From: Bermanella sp.
GTDB lineage: Bacteria > Pseudomonadota > Gammaproteobacteria > Pseudomonadales > Oceanobacteraceae
NCBI GenBank assembly: GCA_034111105.1
Contig: JAWUXY010000119.1
Span: 1 to 32,000, forward strand
Reading direction: 5' to 3'
Length of the DNA: 32,000 nt
Made by a program: the position numbers and the translations under genes. The notes under the pieces were generated by a model. It worked only from the letters and a program-made list of their open reading frames with translations, had not been told where the DNA came from and did not search any database. Each line of letters starts with the position of its first letter. The first letter of the stretch is position 1. This document shows positions 10,263 to 19,622 of the stretch, piece after piece.

Positions 10263-10320
10263 AATGAAATCCTAAATAATAACGGCATAACACAACACAT
10301 GAAAATCGTGTCGATAAAGA

Positions 10321-10337
10321 ATTAGCCACGGGCTAAT
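10321..10337 (-). other. Short perfect hairpin (7-bp stem, 3-nt loop) between mini-enolase and aceE
   Basis: ATTAGCC-ACG-GGCTAAT at 10321-10327 / 10331-10337. Confidence 0.5.
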
Positions 10338-10380
10338 ATGAACGGTGCTTAACTTATATTGATGACGCTAGTACGCTGTA

Positions 10381-10716
10381 TTAGCCAAGTTCACCACGTT
10401 GTTTTAACTGCTCCTTTATTCGCAGTAAACGATTGTATTTAGACACCCGACCTGATGGGCATAATGAGTCCATTTTAATGTGATCTTCACAGGTCGCGAC
10501 CGCTAAATCACTAACTGCCGTCAATACACCTTTGCCAAAATAACGATCCATGTCGTTATCTCTAAGCTCTAATGTTTCACGATAACCAGTAGACGCACCA
10601 GAAGGCGAACATGCCGAACCAAAAAAATCTCTCGTTAAATACACATCCGCTTGAATAATTGGGTTTCCTCGAATGTCGAGTATTTCTCGCGCACTAATAT
10701 TAATTATTTTTGACAT
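10381..10716 (-). CDS. Mini-enolase: enolase N-terminal ~68 aa fused in frame to the enolase C-terminal ~40 aa, with no catalytic barrel
   Basis: [27 protein letters not shown]...[31 protein letters not shown] matches the start of enolase. [35 protein letters not shown] matches the end ([35 protein letters not shown] in E. coli, from memory). About 320 residues in between are missing. Confidence 0.85.
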   Translation of the reverse strand: MSKIINISAREILDIRGNPIIQADVYLTRDFFGSACSPSGASTGYRETLELRDNDMDRYFGKGVLTAVSDLAVATCEDHIKMDSLCPSGRVSKYNRLLRIKEQLKQRGELG

Positions 10717-10731
10717 TACATTTATAACCCT

Positions 10732-10745
10732 ACTATTTTTATTTT
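10732..10745 (-). promoter_or_regulatory. A-rich leader element, one mismatch (AAAATAAAAATAGT)
   Basis: Plus strand ACTATTTTTATTTT, 16-29 nt upstream of the mini-enolase ATG (10716). Same spacing as upstream of the two amylases. Confidence 0.4.
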
Positions 10746-10771
10746 AATACTGAGATGTTAAAAATTTAACT

Positions 10772-12184
10772 TTACTGGGCTTCCTTAAAATTAGGTGATG
10801 TACTTTTTTCAACTAGGTTTTTCAACCACACCAATGTGTTAATTCTAAGCGAATAAATGGGAGCTTTAATCAATGCTTCACCACCAAGAGCAATAGCAAA
10901 TACCCACTGCACCGGTATTTGATAGATCAATCCTGATATCGCCGTTAGTGGTAAAACAATTAACCAAATCACGACCATATCCACATATAACGTAAATTTA
11001 ACGTCTCCGCCGCTTCGCAAAATAGACACACACGTAACAACATTAAATAGGCGCAACCAAAGGGTCACAGAGATTACAAAAAACATATCAACGGCTATGT
11101 TCAACACATCCCCATCCACACCTCTGTATATGTAAAACACTAAGTCGCTTAAACTTAACAAAACCAACCCATAAACAATGCAACCAAACGTTATTAAGCT
11201 TGTTAACATGAAGGCTTCTCGCTTTGCATCGGAAAATTCATTTGCCCCAAGACGACCAGAAATAATAATGGAAGCGGCACTGGTAAAGCCGATAAAAATA
11301 TCAATACTGATCCCTTCAATTGGTCCTAATAATGTAATCGCGGCTAATGCTTCTGTTCCCATTAATGCGTAAACCACCGTGAAAGAAAACACTCCTAAGC
11401 CCCAGATAAATTCATTCAACAATAGCGGTAAACTTTGCTTAACAAAGCGCTGAATTTCTTCTATTTGAAAGCTATTAATAAATTCTTTGAAATTAATTCG
11501 AATAGCCGAACGCCCTACATACACGCATGTAATCAATAAACCACATTCAATGCACTTCGCTATTGATGTGGCATAGGCTGCGCCTTCGACACCTAGTGCA
11601 GGGGCCGAAAAATGACCAAAGATAAGCACATAGTTCATAAAGGTGTTCACAATCACAGCAACAAACCCCACCATCATGGGTAATAATGTTTGGCTATTTG
11701 CTCGTAACACCGCAGAAAAAATTGACACAATGGCCATGAGCAAATGAAAAGGCGCGGTAATACTCAAAAATTGAGCGCCGATACGAATCACATTTTCGTC
11801 ATTGCTAAATAACGACATAATATTGTCAGGAAAAAAAACAGCGCCAATAGAGATAGGAATGACTAATACGAGCGAGAACGCTAAACCCAGTGACAACGTG
11901 CGCTTAACCCCTGCCATATCCCCTTTTCCAATATATTGCGCCGCTAAAATACTAGAGCCTGTGGCAAGACCAGAGATCATCAAAATCACCACAAAAAATA
12001 ATTTATTCGCCAAGCCCACTGCCGCCACTTCAGCGCTGCCTAATGAGCTCACCATAAGCACATCAATTAATGATAACGAAGACGCTAAAATTAATTGGAG
12101 CGAAATAGGAATCGCGAGTGCCAGTAGATTTTTATAAAAGCTACGGGGCGTATTTGATACAGCGTAGCGGAAACTGAGATACAT
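10772..12184 (-). CDS. MATE family efflux transporter
   Basis: About 470-aa polytopic protein with a MATE-like N-terminus (LLALAIPISLQLILASSLSLIDVLMVSSLGSAEVAAVGLANKLFF) and two-fold repeat layout. The supplied ORF starts at a GTG (12187); the adjacent ATG is at 12184. Confidence 0.88.
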   Translation of the reverse strand: MYLSFRYAVSNTPRSFYKNLLALAIPISLQLILASSLSLIDVLMVSSLGSAEVAAVGLANKLFFVVILMISGLATGSSILAAQYIGKGDMAGVKRTLSLGLAFSLVLVIPISIGAVFFPDNIMSLFSNDENVIRIGAQFLSITAPFHLLMAIVSIFSAVLRANSQTLLPMMVGFVAVIVNTFMNYVLIFGHFSAPALGVEGAAYATSIAKCIECGLLITCVYVGRSAIRINFKEFINSFQIEEIQRFVKQSLPLLLNEFIWGLGVFSFTVVYALMGTEALAAITLLGPIEGISIDIFIGFTSAASIIISGRLGANEFSDAKREAFMLTSLITFGCIVYGLVLLSLSDLVFYIYRGVDGDVLNIAVDMFFVISVTLWLRLFNVVTCVSILRSGGDVKFTLYVDMVVIWLIVLPLTAISGLIYQIPVQWVFAIALGGEALIKAPIYSLRINTLVWLKNLVEKSTSPNFKEAQ

Positions 12185-12196
12185 CACTATTACCTG

Positions 12197-12210
12197 TAAT
12201 CGATTACATT
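12197..12210. promoter_or_regulatory. Perfect palindromic LacI-family-type operator TGTAATCGATTACA
   Basis: Perfect 14-bp palindrome with central CG in the 28-bp gap between the amylosucrase stop (12216) and the MATE start. Confidence 0.7.
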
Positions 12211-12215
12211 AATTA

Positions 12216-14228
12216 TTATTTTTTAATGCTTGAAGCATGTAGAGGCTTAAGCCATAAACATTCATAAGGCGCAAGTTTGATACCCTCATTAAGATTAATC
12301 ACCGAGTGTTCACGGGACTTACTCAATACGTGCGTAAAAGCACCACACAAATTATTAAGTGCCAAAACAGGTTCATTAATCTGTGTTTGATAGGCGCTAA
12401 AATTAGCCAGTACTAAAATAGTGTCTGCAGCGCTGCCCCGTTGAAACGCCAATATTGAACGATCATTAAGATTAATGGTGGTCAATTGAGACCCAGAAAA
12501 AATCACTTCGTTTTTTCTCGCTTCGATCATCGCTTTAAGGCCATAAAAAATGCGTGATGCTGGGGTATCGAGCTGACTAATACTATGTGCGTCTTTTACC
12601 CAATCTTTTTTTATTCGGTTAACCCAACGGCTGTCTTTGCACTTAGCGATGTCATTAATAAAGGTATAATCATTTAATGCACCCACTTCATCACCTAGAT
12701 AAATGAGTGGTAACCCCCCTACTGACAAAGCCAAACTGTGCAGCAGTAAAATTCGCTGCACCGATAAATCAATATCAAGTGATTTATTGTTATTAATACC
12801 TTGTTCAAGACCGGATAATGATGCAGTGGTGCCAGATATACGAGCAAGCTGAGTATCATTATCACGCATGAAAGGTAAACCTTTTGCAAAGCTTTCTTCG
12901 TGCTCACCACTGTAAAACTGATCTAAAAATCGACGAGTGGTCAACGCATCTGCGCCAGTGAATTGAATATCTAAGTCACAAAAAACCCAAGGTATATCAT
13001 CATGACTACGAATATAATTGATCCAAGTACACCCTTCTGGCAAGGCATGCCAGCGCTGCAAACTAGTCGCTAATAAGTCGACATTGCCGCACGCTAACGC
13101 ATGCCACAGCGTTGAAGATAATAACGGTCGATAAGACAACGTTGCTGAATCAACACTGACATAATCAATGACCTCTTGAGGTTTAACGATGGCTTCTGAT
13201 TTGAATTCTAGACCTGATGTGACCAGTTTGGTTAAATTTTTGAACAATCGAACCAATATTTGTATTTGCGGTAAACTTTTACAATTGGTGCCTTTTTCTT
13301 TCCAAACTAGCGACACAGCATCTAAACGTAAAACATCCACACCTACATTTGCCAAATACAACACGTTATCTAACATACCTTTAAGTACATTCGGGTTATG
13401 GTAATTTAAATCCCATTGATTTACGTTAAAAGTCGTCCAAACCCAGCGATTAACTTTTGAATTGTAAATAATGTTTTCCCCTTTATCTGGGAAAGTCGCT
13501 TCGACATGCTGGATAATGTCATTCACTTCGCTTTCATCGTCAAAAAATAAATAAAAGTCTTCAAATTCTTTGATGCCAAGTTGAGCCTTTCTTGCCCAGT
13601 CATGATCATCTGCTGTGTGATTGAGTACAAAATCAAGTACTACATTTATTCCTTTCTCGTGGCATGCATCAATGAAATAGCCCATTTCGTCCATGGTGCC
13701 TAAGTCTTCACGAATCGATTTATAATCTGAAATGGCAAAGCCACCATCACTATTACCCATTGGTACTTTAAAGGGCGGCAATATATAAAGATACGTAATG
13801 CCAAGCGAACTTAGATAATCAATTTTTGACATCATCCCACTAATATTGCCCGCAAACAGATCGATATAACAACTTGCACCGATCATCTTATGGCTATTGT
13901 AAAAATCATGAATAGCGTGTTTTTCTGCGTCTCTTTCTATCAAATTTTTAGGCCGTGATAACCAGTATTGTGATGCCATCATGATGGTTTCATAAAATAC
14001 ATTAAAGGCTTCATCTCGGTCTGAGTATAGCGCTAGATAATCAAACGCTATTTGCTCAATAGTATCCGTTACTGTTTGCTTAAATTTATTTAAATCTCTT
14101 TGCGTGGTCTGTATGTTTTCACAACTAATATCGACATCTAACTTTGATAAAGCACGATCGATAAATGAAAATACTTGGTTATCTGGCTTTACACTCAATC
14201 GCTCTTGAGTCACATCCGCTGTATTCAT
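12216..14228 (-). CDS. Amylosucrase-like GH13 enzyme
   Basis: 670 aa. Motifs matching remembered amylosucrase: MPLFKCPEGKSDGGYAV-like (LPPFKVPMGNSDGGFAI), WVWTTFNVNQWDLNY, GVDVLRLDAVSLVWKEKGTNCKSLPQ, FKSEAIV, YIRSHDDI, SGTTASLSGL, GGLPLIYLGDEVGALND, DSRWVNR. Confidence 0.92.
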   Translation of the reverse strand: MNTADVTQERLSVKPDNQVFSFIDRALSKLDVDISCENIQTTQRDLNKFKQTVTDTIEQIAFDYLALYSDRDEAFNVFYETIMMASQYWLSRPKNLIERDAEKHAIHDFYNSHKMIGASCYIDLFAGNISGMMSKIDYLSSLGITYLYILPPFKVPMGNSDGGFAISDYKSIREDLGTMDEMGYFIDACHEKGINVVLDFVLNHTADDHDWARKAQLGIKEFEDFYLFFDDESEVNDIIQHVEATFPDKGENIIYNSKVNRWVWTTFNVNQWDLNYHNPNVLKGMLDNVLYLANVGVDVLRLDAVSLVWKEKGTNCKSLPQIQILVRLFKNLTKLVTSGLEFKSEAIVKPQEVIDYVSVDSATLSYRPLLSSTLWHALACGNVDLLATSLQRWHALPEGCTWINYIRSHDDIPWVFCDLDIQFTGADALTTRRFLDQFYSGEHEESFAKGLPFMRDNDTQLARISGTTASLSGLEQGINNNKSLDIDLSVQRILLLHSLALSVGGLPLIYLGDEVGALNDYTFINDIAKCKDSRWVNRIKKDWVKDAHSISQLDTPASRIFYGLKAMIEARKNEVIFSGSQLTTINLNDRSILAFQRGSAADTILVLANFSAYQTQINEPVLALNNLCGAFTHVLSKSREHSVINLNEGIKLAPYECLWLKPLHASSIKK

Positions 14229-14243
14229 TTTATCTCCTTTTTA

Positions 14244-15569
14244 TTAAGCATCTAGGCTCGAAAGTTGATGGGGATTTTCTGTGGCTGATTCATGTATTGC
14301 TTGGTCAAAGGCTTTTGACATTCGCTCGATACCTTGCTCTAACTGATGAGCAGTGATATTTAACGGGGGTGCAATTCTAAAGAGATGATCAAAGGTCATC
14401 ACTTTAACCCCTTGAGCCAAGCAACATTGATGTAACTTCATAGAAAATGCTTTCGTATCTTCTGGTGTGCCTTTGTTAAGTTGCAATGTCGCCATTAAAC
14501 CAGACACTCTAAAATCAGCTATCGTATTAAAGCGAGACGCTAATTCTGATATTTTTTGCCGTAATAACGGCTCCATCCCCAAAGCATTCGCAGCCAGTTT
14601 TTCATCATTGTAAATTTTAATCGTGATGTGCATTGCCGCAATCGATAATGGGTTTCCTCCAAAGGTTGTTGATGCACCGCCTCTTTCACCAAATGGAGTT
14701 GCATTCATAATTTCTTTTTTGCCCGCTAAGCACATGGCCGGAAAACCGCCGCCCAGTCCTTTAGCAAAGGCTATCAAATCAGGTTCAATTGCATATCGTT
14801 GAAATGCAAAGTCATATCCTGTGCGACCAAAACCCACACAAATTTCATCAATGAATTTTAAAATTGAATATGTGTCACACAGCCCACTAAATGCCTGCCA
14901 AAACCATTGGGAGCCTTGAAGGTTACCTCCCGCACCTAATATTGGCTCAAATATGACCGCACCAATGGATGAATCATTTGCAAAACACACTTCAATTTCA
15001 TCAAGACACCGTTGTTCATATGCCGGTTTTTGCTCATCACTCAACCCAAATTTATCTGGGAAAGGTAATTGCTTAATATCCGCAGGCGTCTCACCGGGAA
15101 ACTGACAGTGCCATAGTTGTCGAGCTGCTAATGTTTTACCATGATAAGCTTGTGAAAATGAGACGATGCTTTTTTTTGATTCCGGCAAAAACGATTTTAA
15201 AGCACGCAATCCCGCCTCGATTGTTTCACTGCCACCAGTGTAAAATTGAAAAGTATTGATATCCACCGGCGTAAGTGCATCAAGTTGACGCAGTAGTGTC
15301 AAACGTAGCGGTGTTGAATAATCATGTACATTCCATAATTCAGCTAAACGCGCTTGCATGAATTTCACGGCCACTGGATGCGCATGACCAATTGAATTAG
15401 TAAAGGTACCTGCACAAAAATCAATATAATCATTGTCATTTTTATCATATAAATACACCCCATTTCCGTAACTAAACTGATAAGGCGCACTGGCATACCC
15501 AGGCGTAATACCACTTGCCATTAGATTAAGCTCTGCATCACTTGTCAGGGTTCGCTGCTGATTAGACAT
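14244..15569 (-). CDS. Class III PLP-dependent aminotransferase (GABA/ornithine aminotransferase-like)
   Basis: Internal ATG at 15569 (MSNQQRTL...) is preceded by AAGGAG and overlaps the upstream dioxygenase stop. Motifs: FYTGGSETIEAGLRALK, AYHGKTLAAR, FIDEICVGFGRTG, FAKGLGGGFP (PLP lysine), TTFGGNPLS. Confidence 0.9.
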   Translation of the reverse strand: MSNQQRTLTSDAELNLMASGITPGYASAPYQFSYGNGVYLYDKNDNDYIDFCAGTFTNSIGHAHPVAVKFMQARLAELWNVHDYSTPLRLTLLRQLDALTPVDINTFQFYTGGSETIEAGLRALKSFLPESKKSIVSFSQAYHGKTLAARQLWHCQFPGETPADIKQLPFPDKFGLSDEQKPAYEQRCLDEIEVCFANDSSIGAVIFEPILGAGGNLQGSQWFWQAFSGLCDTYSILKFIDEICVGFGRTGYDFAFQRYAIEPDLIAFAKGLGGGFPAMCLAGKKEIMNATPFGERGGASTTFGGNPLSIAAMHITIKIYNDEKLAANALGMEPLLRQKISELASRFNTIADFRVSGLMATLQLNKGTPEDTKAFSMKLHQCCLAQGVKVMTFDHLFRIAPPLNITAHQLEQGIERMSKAFDQAIHESATENPHQLSSLDA

Positions 15570-16263
15570 GAGTGATTGACTCCTTTTTGGCGTAGTCGTA
15601 ACTGCCTGTTCTATAGTGGCCAATATCAAGCGCTTTAGAACCCACAAGATTCTTATCAATATAGCGAGTGCAATACGAGTAGCGATCTTGCTGTGATTGA
15701 TTAACTGGCACGGCGTGAAACGTTAACCCATCAACTACAACTAAATCACCTGCTTTAGGATAAAGTACAATCTCACCGTTAAGTGCATCATGGCTACCAC
15801 CTAAACCCAACTTACCTGACAAGTGGCTTTTAGGTACAAGCCTTAGCCCTCCCATCGCTTCGTTCGAGGTTTGCGGGTAAAATAAAAAATTATAAAATTT
15901 ACCCGCCCCCACTTTATAAGAAATATCTTGATGCCACGGTATACTATGGCTTAATGCACATTTATTATGCTGAATTAAACTCATGTGAAAGTACGCGTCC
16001 GGCATCATACGCTGAGCAATATAATTAAGGTCTACTGAAAACTTATCTAAAGTAGCGTTAACAAGATGCGGATTATCAAATGTATGATTAACAGCACCAT
16101 GAGACGCATAAAACTCAGGTGTGTTGTAAGCTTGTGACTCTTGTAATACCACGTATTTAATTGCATCAAATAACGCGAGTGTCGTTGCTTGATTTTTATA
16201 ATTGTGGATCACTAAATACCCTTCATTGCGAAGAAATTTCAACTTATCATCCGTAAAGTCCAT
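15562..16263 (-). CDS. Phytanoyl-CoA dioxygenase-like Fe(II)/2-oxoglutarate-dependent oxygenase
   Basis: 233 aa with a plausible HxD...H...R triad: IPWHQDISYK, FHAVPVN, RYSYCTRY. The start overlaps nothing; the stop overlaps the aminotransferase start. Confidence 0.83.
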   Translation of the reverse strand: MDFTDDKLKFLRNEGYLVIHNYKNQATTLALFDAIKYVVLQESQAYNTPEFYASHGAVNHTFDNPHLVNATLDKFSVDLNYIAQRMMPDAYFHMSLIQHNKCALSHSIPWHQDISYKVGAGKFYNFLFYPQTSNEAMGGLRLVPKSHLSGKLGLGGSHDALNGEIVLYPKAGDLVVVDGLTFHAVPVNQSQQDRYSYCTRYIDKNLVGSKALDIGHYRTGSYDYAKKESITHV

Positions 16264-16334
16264 TATGATATCCTTATCTTATTTATCGTAAGTAATTCAC
16301 ACCTTAATTCTTCTTTGACGCTTGAACGTATTAT

Positions 16335-18392
16335 TTAGCGTATTACGTTTTTTCGTTTATTATTTATGCGTTTCATTTGTGATACACGCTCATCACAATC
16401 AAAAAAATCTTCAACTGTATGACTCAGCTTGCGCCGCCAATTTGGATACTGATCTGTCGTACCTGGTAAGTTAATAGGATTTAATATGGCTAAAAAATCG
16501 TCCGGTTGAAAAACCGTAATATTCGCCTGCGAGGACGCTAAATATTCATGCGCTAACGCCACCACACTCTTACTATTTAAATCAGATATACTTGTTTCTT
16601 TTTCATTTAATCGCGTCGTTTTATTATTGATCGCCCGAACAAACGCCTGCTGAAAAGACGCTCTATTTTTACTCAAACGTTGATAGTCCGATTCACTTGG
16701 GAACAGCTTTAAACGCTTAAGAATATCTAAGTCAACGGATTGCCAATAACCAGCCATTGTAGGCAAATCATGAGTTGAAAGCGTCGCTAATGCTCGCTCT
16801 TCATAGTTTTGAGGGGACTTCAAATCTTGTTCATTATTTTCACGCTCAAATAAGAAAACTTTATACGAATAAATATCCGCATCGTTCATGGCCTTAGATA
16901 TCTCTTGTGGCACCATGCCCAAATCTTCACCGATCACCATGCATTGTTGCCTTTGACTCTCCAGCGCGAGTATCCCCATTAATTCTCGAAGTGGATAATG
17001 AATATAAGTACCATTACTTGCATCTTGACCTGCGGGCATACACCAAATGCGAAACAAGCCCATAATATGGTCAATACGTAAGGCACCGGCATGGGCCATA
17101 TTGGCTCGTATCATTTGCGTGAATGGCTCATAACCTCTCGCTTTCAGTGCACGAGGATTCATCACAGGTAACTGCCAATTCTGACCATGCAGCGCTAATT
17201 CATCCGGTGGCGCCCCCACGCTCACATCACAGTTGTAAACATCACCGTACATCCACGTTTCCGCACCATGATTATCAACACCTACAGCCAAATCACGATA
17301 CAAACCTAACGACATACCACCGCCTGTGGCCGCCGCTTGTGTCGCCGCTAATTGTTCGTCCGCTACCCATTGCATAAATTGATAAAAGCGTACCTCTTCA
17401 TGATACTCAATCAAAAATTTCTGGACCGCTTGGCTTTGATAATTTTGATATTCAGCTGGCCATTGCTGCCAGCTATTGATGGCATTATTTTTTTGATAAA
17501 AATAATGATATAACGCTTGGAATAAACAAATTAAATGATGCGACTCGCTACTATTTTTAACATAAGCATTAAACTGAGCTATTCGTTTCTGGTCTGCATG
17601 CGTAACAAATTCTTTATAGGCGACTTTAGCGGCCAAGAAAATCAATTGACTGTATTGTTGGTAATCGACTAAATCGACTGCCCGTAATTCGTGAATGAGC
17701 GTTTCATTCTCAGCATAAAACGTGGTCATAGCCTTTTCGGCTTCAGGCAGTTTTTGCCAATCAATGTACTTAGGGTCTAATAAAAGGCGGCTACTTGGGC
17801 TGTACGGGCTACAGATTCGCCCATCATCATTATATAAAAGATGTAACGGGTTCAGCCCAAGTACATTCGCACCTAACGCTGCGCCTTTCTCGGCAAACAT
17901 TTGCAAGTCTGTTAAATTACCCAAGCCCCAGTTTGACTCCGAGCGCACAGTATAAAGCTGCACCGCAAAGCCCCATATTTTATTTGTGTAAAAATCATCT
18001 GGCGTGTAGCACTTTTTAGGCGCGTAAATAACTCGACAAGCGTAAGCTTGGTTATGCCATTGCACATTAATTTGATGATAACCAAATGGCAATTCACTGG
18101 GCAAATGGATGCCGCCGCTAGTAAAGGTCAATGGTATCTTTTTTTCATTTTCTAACGTTAATACAACCTGACTTAAATCCGGATGCTCTATATTCGGCGT
18201 CACTAATAATATATCGCCTTCAATTATCACATAACAGTCTTCAAATAAGGTTTGTGGCTCGTTATTATCCGTACGATCAAGCAAGTCAACCAATGCGTGT
18301 AGCTTGTTTATTTGAATCTCTTCTATTTCATCGTTCTTATTTAGATAGCTTCTAGCTAGACCCATTTTTTTTATTTTTTCGTCTATATTCAT
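16335..18392 (-). CDS. malQ: 4-alpha-glucanotransferase (amylomaltase, GH77)
   Basis: 685 aa. Motifs: FWGFAVQLYTVRSESNWGLGNLTDLQMF, GDVYNCDVSVGAPPDELALHGQNWQLPVMNP, ALRIDHIMGLFRIWCMP, VIGEDLGMVP, LSTHDLPTMAGYW. Confidence 0.96.
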   Translation of the reverse strand: MNIDEKIKKMGLARSYLNKNDEIEEIQINKLHALVDLLDRTDNNEPQTLFEDCYVIIEGDILLVTPNIEHPDLSQVVLTLENEKKIPLTFTSGGIHLPSELPFGYHQINVQWHNQAYACRVIYAPKKCYTPDDFYTNKIWGFAVQLYTVRSESNWGLGNLTDLQMFAEKGAALGANVLGLNPLHLLYNDDGRICSPYSPSSRLLLDPKYIDWQKLPEAEKAMTTFYAENETLIHELRAVDLVDYQQYSQLIFLAAKVAYKEFVTHADQKRIAQFNAYVKNSSESHHLICLFQALYHYFYQKNNAINSWQQWPAEYQNYQSQAVQKFLIEYHEEVRFYQFMQWVADEQLAATQAAATGGGMSLGLYRDLAVGVDNHGAETWMYGDVYNCDVSVGAPPDELALHGQNWQLPVMNPRALKARGYEPFTQMIRANMAHAGALRIDHIMGLFRIWCMPAGQDASNGTYIHYPLRELMGILALESQRQQCMVIGEDLGMVPQEISKAMNDADIYSYKVFLFERENNEQDLKSPQNYEERALATLSTHDLPTMAGYWQSVDLDILKRLKLFPSESDYQRLSKNRASFQQAFVRAINNKTTRLNEKETSISDLNSKSVVALAHEYLASSQANITVFQPDDFLAILNPINLPGTTDQYPNWRRKLSHTVEDFFDCDERVSQMKRINNKRKNVIR

Positions 18393-18401
18393 AACTTACC
18401 A

Positions 18402-19511
18402 CTACAATGATTCTATTATTTTTTTTCTAATCTGATTATATTCATCATCACTCACTAGATTTTCTTCTCGTAAGACCTGTAATCTTTTAAGTCGATCTTT
18501 TATGCTCAAGTTATTTTCTTCTTTAGGTTGATCATGACCTGACACATCAAACACATTTGGTTTGGTTAATTCACCTGTGTAAACCTCATTTATTTTTGAT
18601 GGCACAACAGCACCCAGCACAGAAAAATAGCGATTAGTATCGCTATCTAATAATAAGTTATTAAGCCATTTCCTTTGATAACCATGGCTATCTAAGACAT
18701 CAACAATAGGTGACGCATCAACTCTTGCACCCAATTTTAGTCCTAGGCTGTCTGTGTTTTTACCCGGTTGTGTTAATAAAATAAAATTAGGCGCTGCAAT
18801 ATTCATTTGAAAACGCGTTTCAATATCGGCAGCACTAATGAGTACACTATAAGCCCAGTCTGTTGATAGTGTGCTGATAAAGGCATTTGGAATGGTTACG
18901 ATGACCTTATTTTTCTTAACTTTAATCTTTGTTGCGAATAAATAATGCTCTTTGATAGACGTTTCCACATCTTTTTCTATCTTGGCACTGACGTCACTAT
19001 CGAGGGTTTGATCGGAATTAGATAATGTTTCTATCTTCGTTTTAACAAGATAGTCATGGTGCATTGATTGCGCAGCATAAGGACGCGGCGTCACTATGAT
19101 GGCCTTTTCCCAAGCAAATTCATTTGCTAACAATGCTTGGCGGCCTGGCAATGTTTGTACAAAACCACTATTTGGCTTACGGTCTGTATCTATGTAAACA
19201 TCAATATTAAGAGTATAAAAATCGTTTTTTACAATTTCATTTAATGCCGTACCACCAAATCGAGATAATTTATTTTTGGGGGATGATAAAGGTTTGCGAA
19301 ATTCAAATATAAGCTGATGATTATCCGCTTGTTTTTTTACTTCAAATTTTATTAAGTCTAATTCACCCTCAACAATACTATTATTGACAGGGTATAAGAT
19401 ATCTCCCGCGCCATTATCATCGTTCGACTCATCAAGTACCGAAAAATCGGCATAACTACTTACAGACAGAAAAAGAAGGGATATGAGCGTTATTTTTTTG
19501 GGTTTTAACAT
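18402..19511 (-). CDS. Secreted glucodextranase-C/DOMON-like domain protein with C-terminal SHOCT-like segment
   Basis: Signal peptide (ITLISLLFLSVSSYA|D). DESNDDNGAGDILYPVNNSIVEGELDLIKFEVKK...VYIDTDRKPNSG...LPGRQALLANEFAWEKAIIV resembles the second paralog at 21822-22634. The C-terminus IKDRLKRLQVLREENLVSDDEYNQIRKKIIESL fits a SHOCT pattern. Confidence 0.72.
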   Translation of the reverse strand: MLKPKKITLISLLFLSVSSYADFSVLDESNDDNGAGDILYPVNNSIVEGELDLIKFEVKKQADNHQLIFEFRKPLSSPKNKLSRFGGTALNEIVKNDFYTLNIDVYIDTDRKPNSGFVQTLPGRQALLANEFAWEKAIIVTPRPYAAQSMHHDYLVKTKIETLSNSDQTLDSDVSAKIEKDVETSIKEHYLFATKIKVKKNKVIVTIPNAFISTLSTDWAYSVLISAADIETRFQMNIAAPNFILLTQPGKNTDSLGLKLGARVDASPIVDVLDSHGYQRKWLNNLLLDSDTNRYFSVLGAVVPSKINEVYTGELTKPNVFDVSGHDQPKEENNLSIKDRLKRLQVLREENLVSDDEYNQIRKKIIESL

Positions 19512-19564
19512 ATTTCTTTGCCCTAAATTGAGAGTTACTGCGGTTATCTTCTCACATTTAAATC

Positions 19565-19600
19565 AATTAGAGTGCCCAACATACCATGAGCACTCTAATT
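19565..19600 (-). terminator. Inverted repeat or terminator downstream of the outer-membrane protein gene
   Basis: AATTAGAGTGC / GCACTCTAATT, 11-bp perfect arms and 14-nt loop, between the stop at 19623 and the next start at 19511. Confidence 0.7.
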
Positions 19601-19622
19601 TTTTCGCAAAATCGCTCAGTAT

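Noticed and set aside
10381-10716. Mini-enolase as a frameshifted or degraded full-length eno
   Set aside because: No further enolase barrel fragments were recognised in any supplied ORF near it, and the 111-aa frame is continuous with clean start and stop. Assembly deletion cannot be excluded, so it is noted as a test in the finding.
15570-15659. The 30-aa N-terminal extension of the aminotransferase in the ORF track
   Set aside because: It overlaps the dioxygenase CDS in another frame. The ATG at 15569 has a good AAGGAG and begins the conserved protein.
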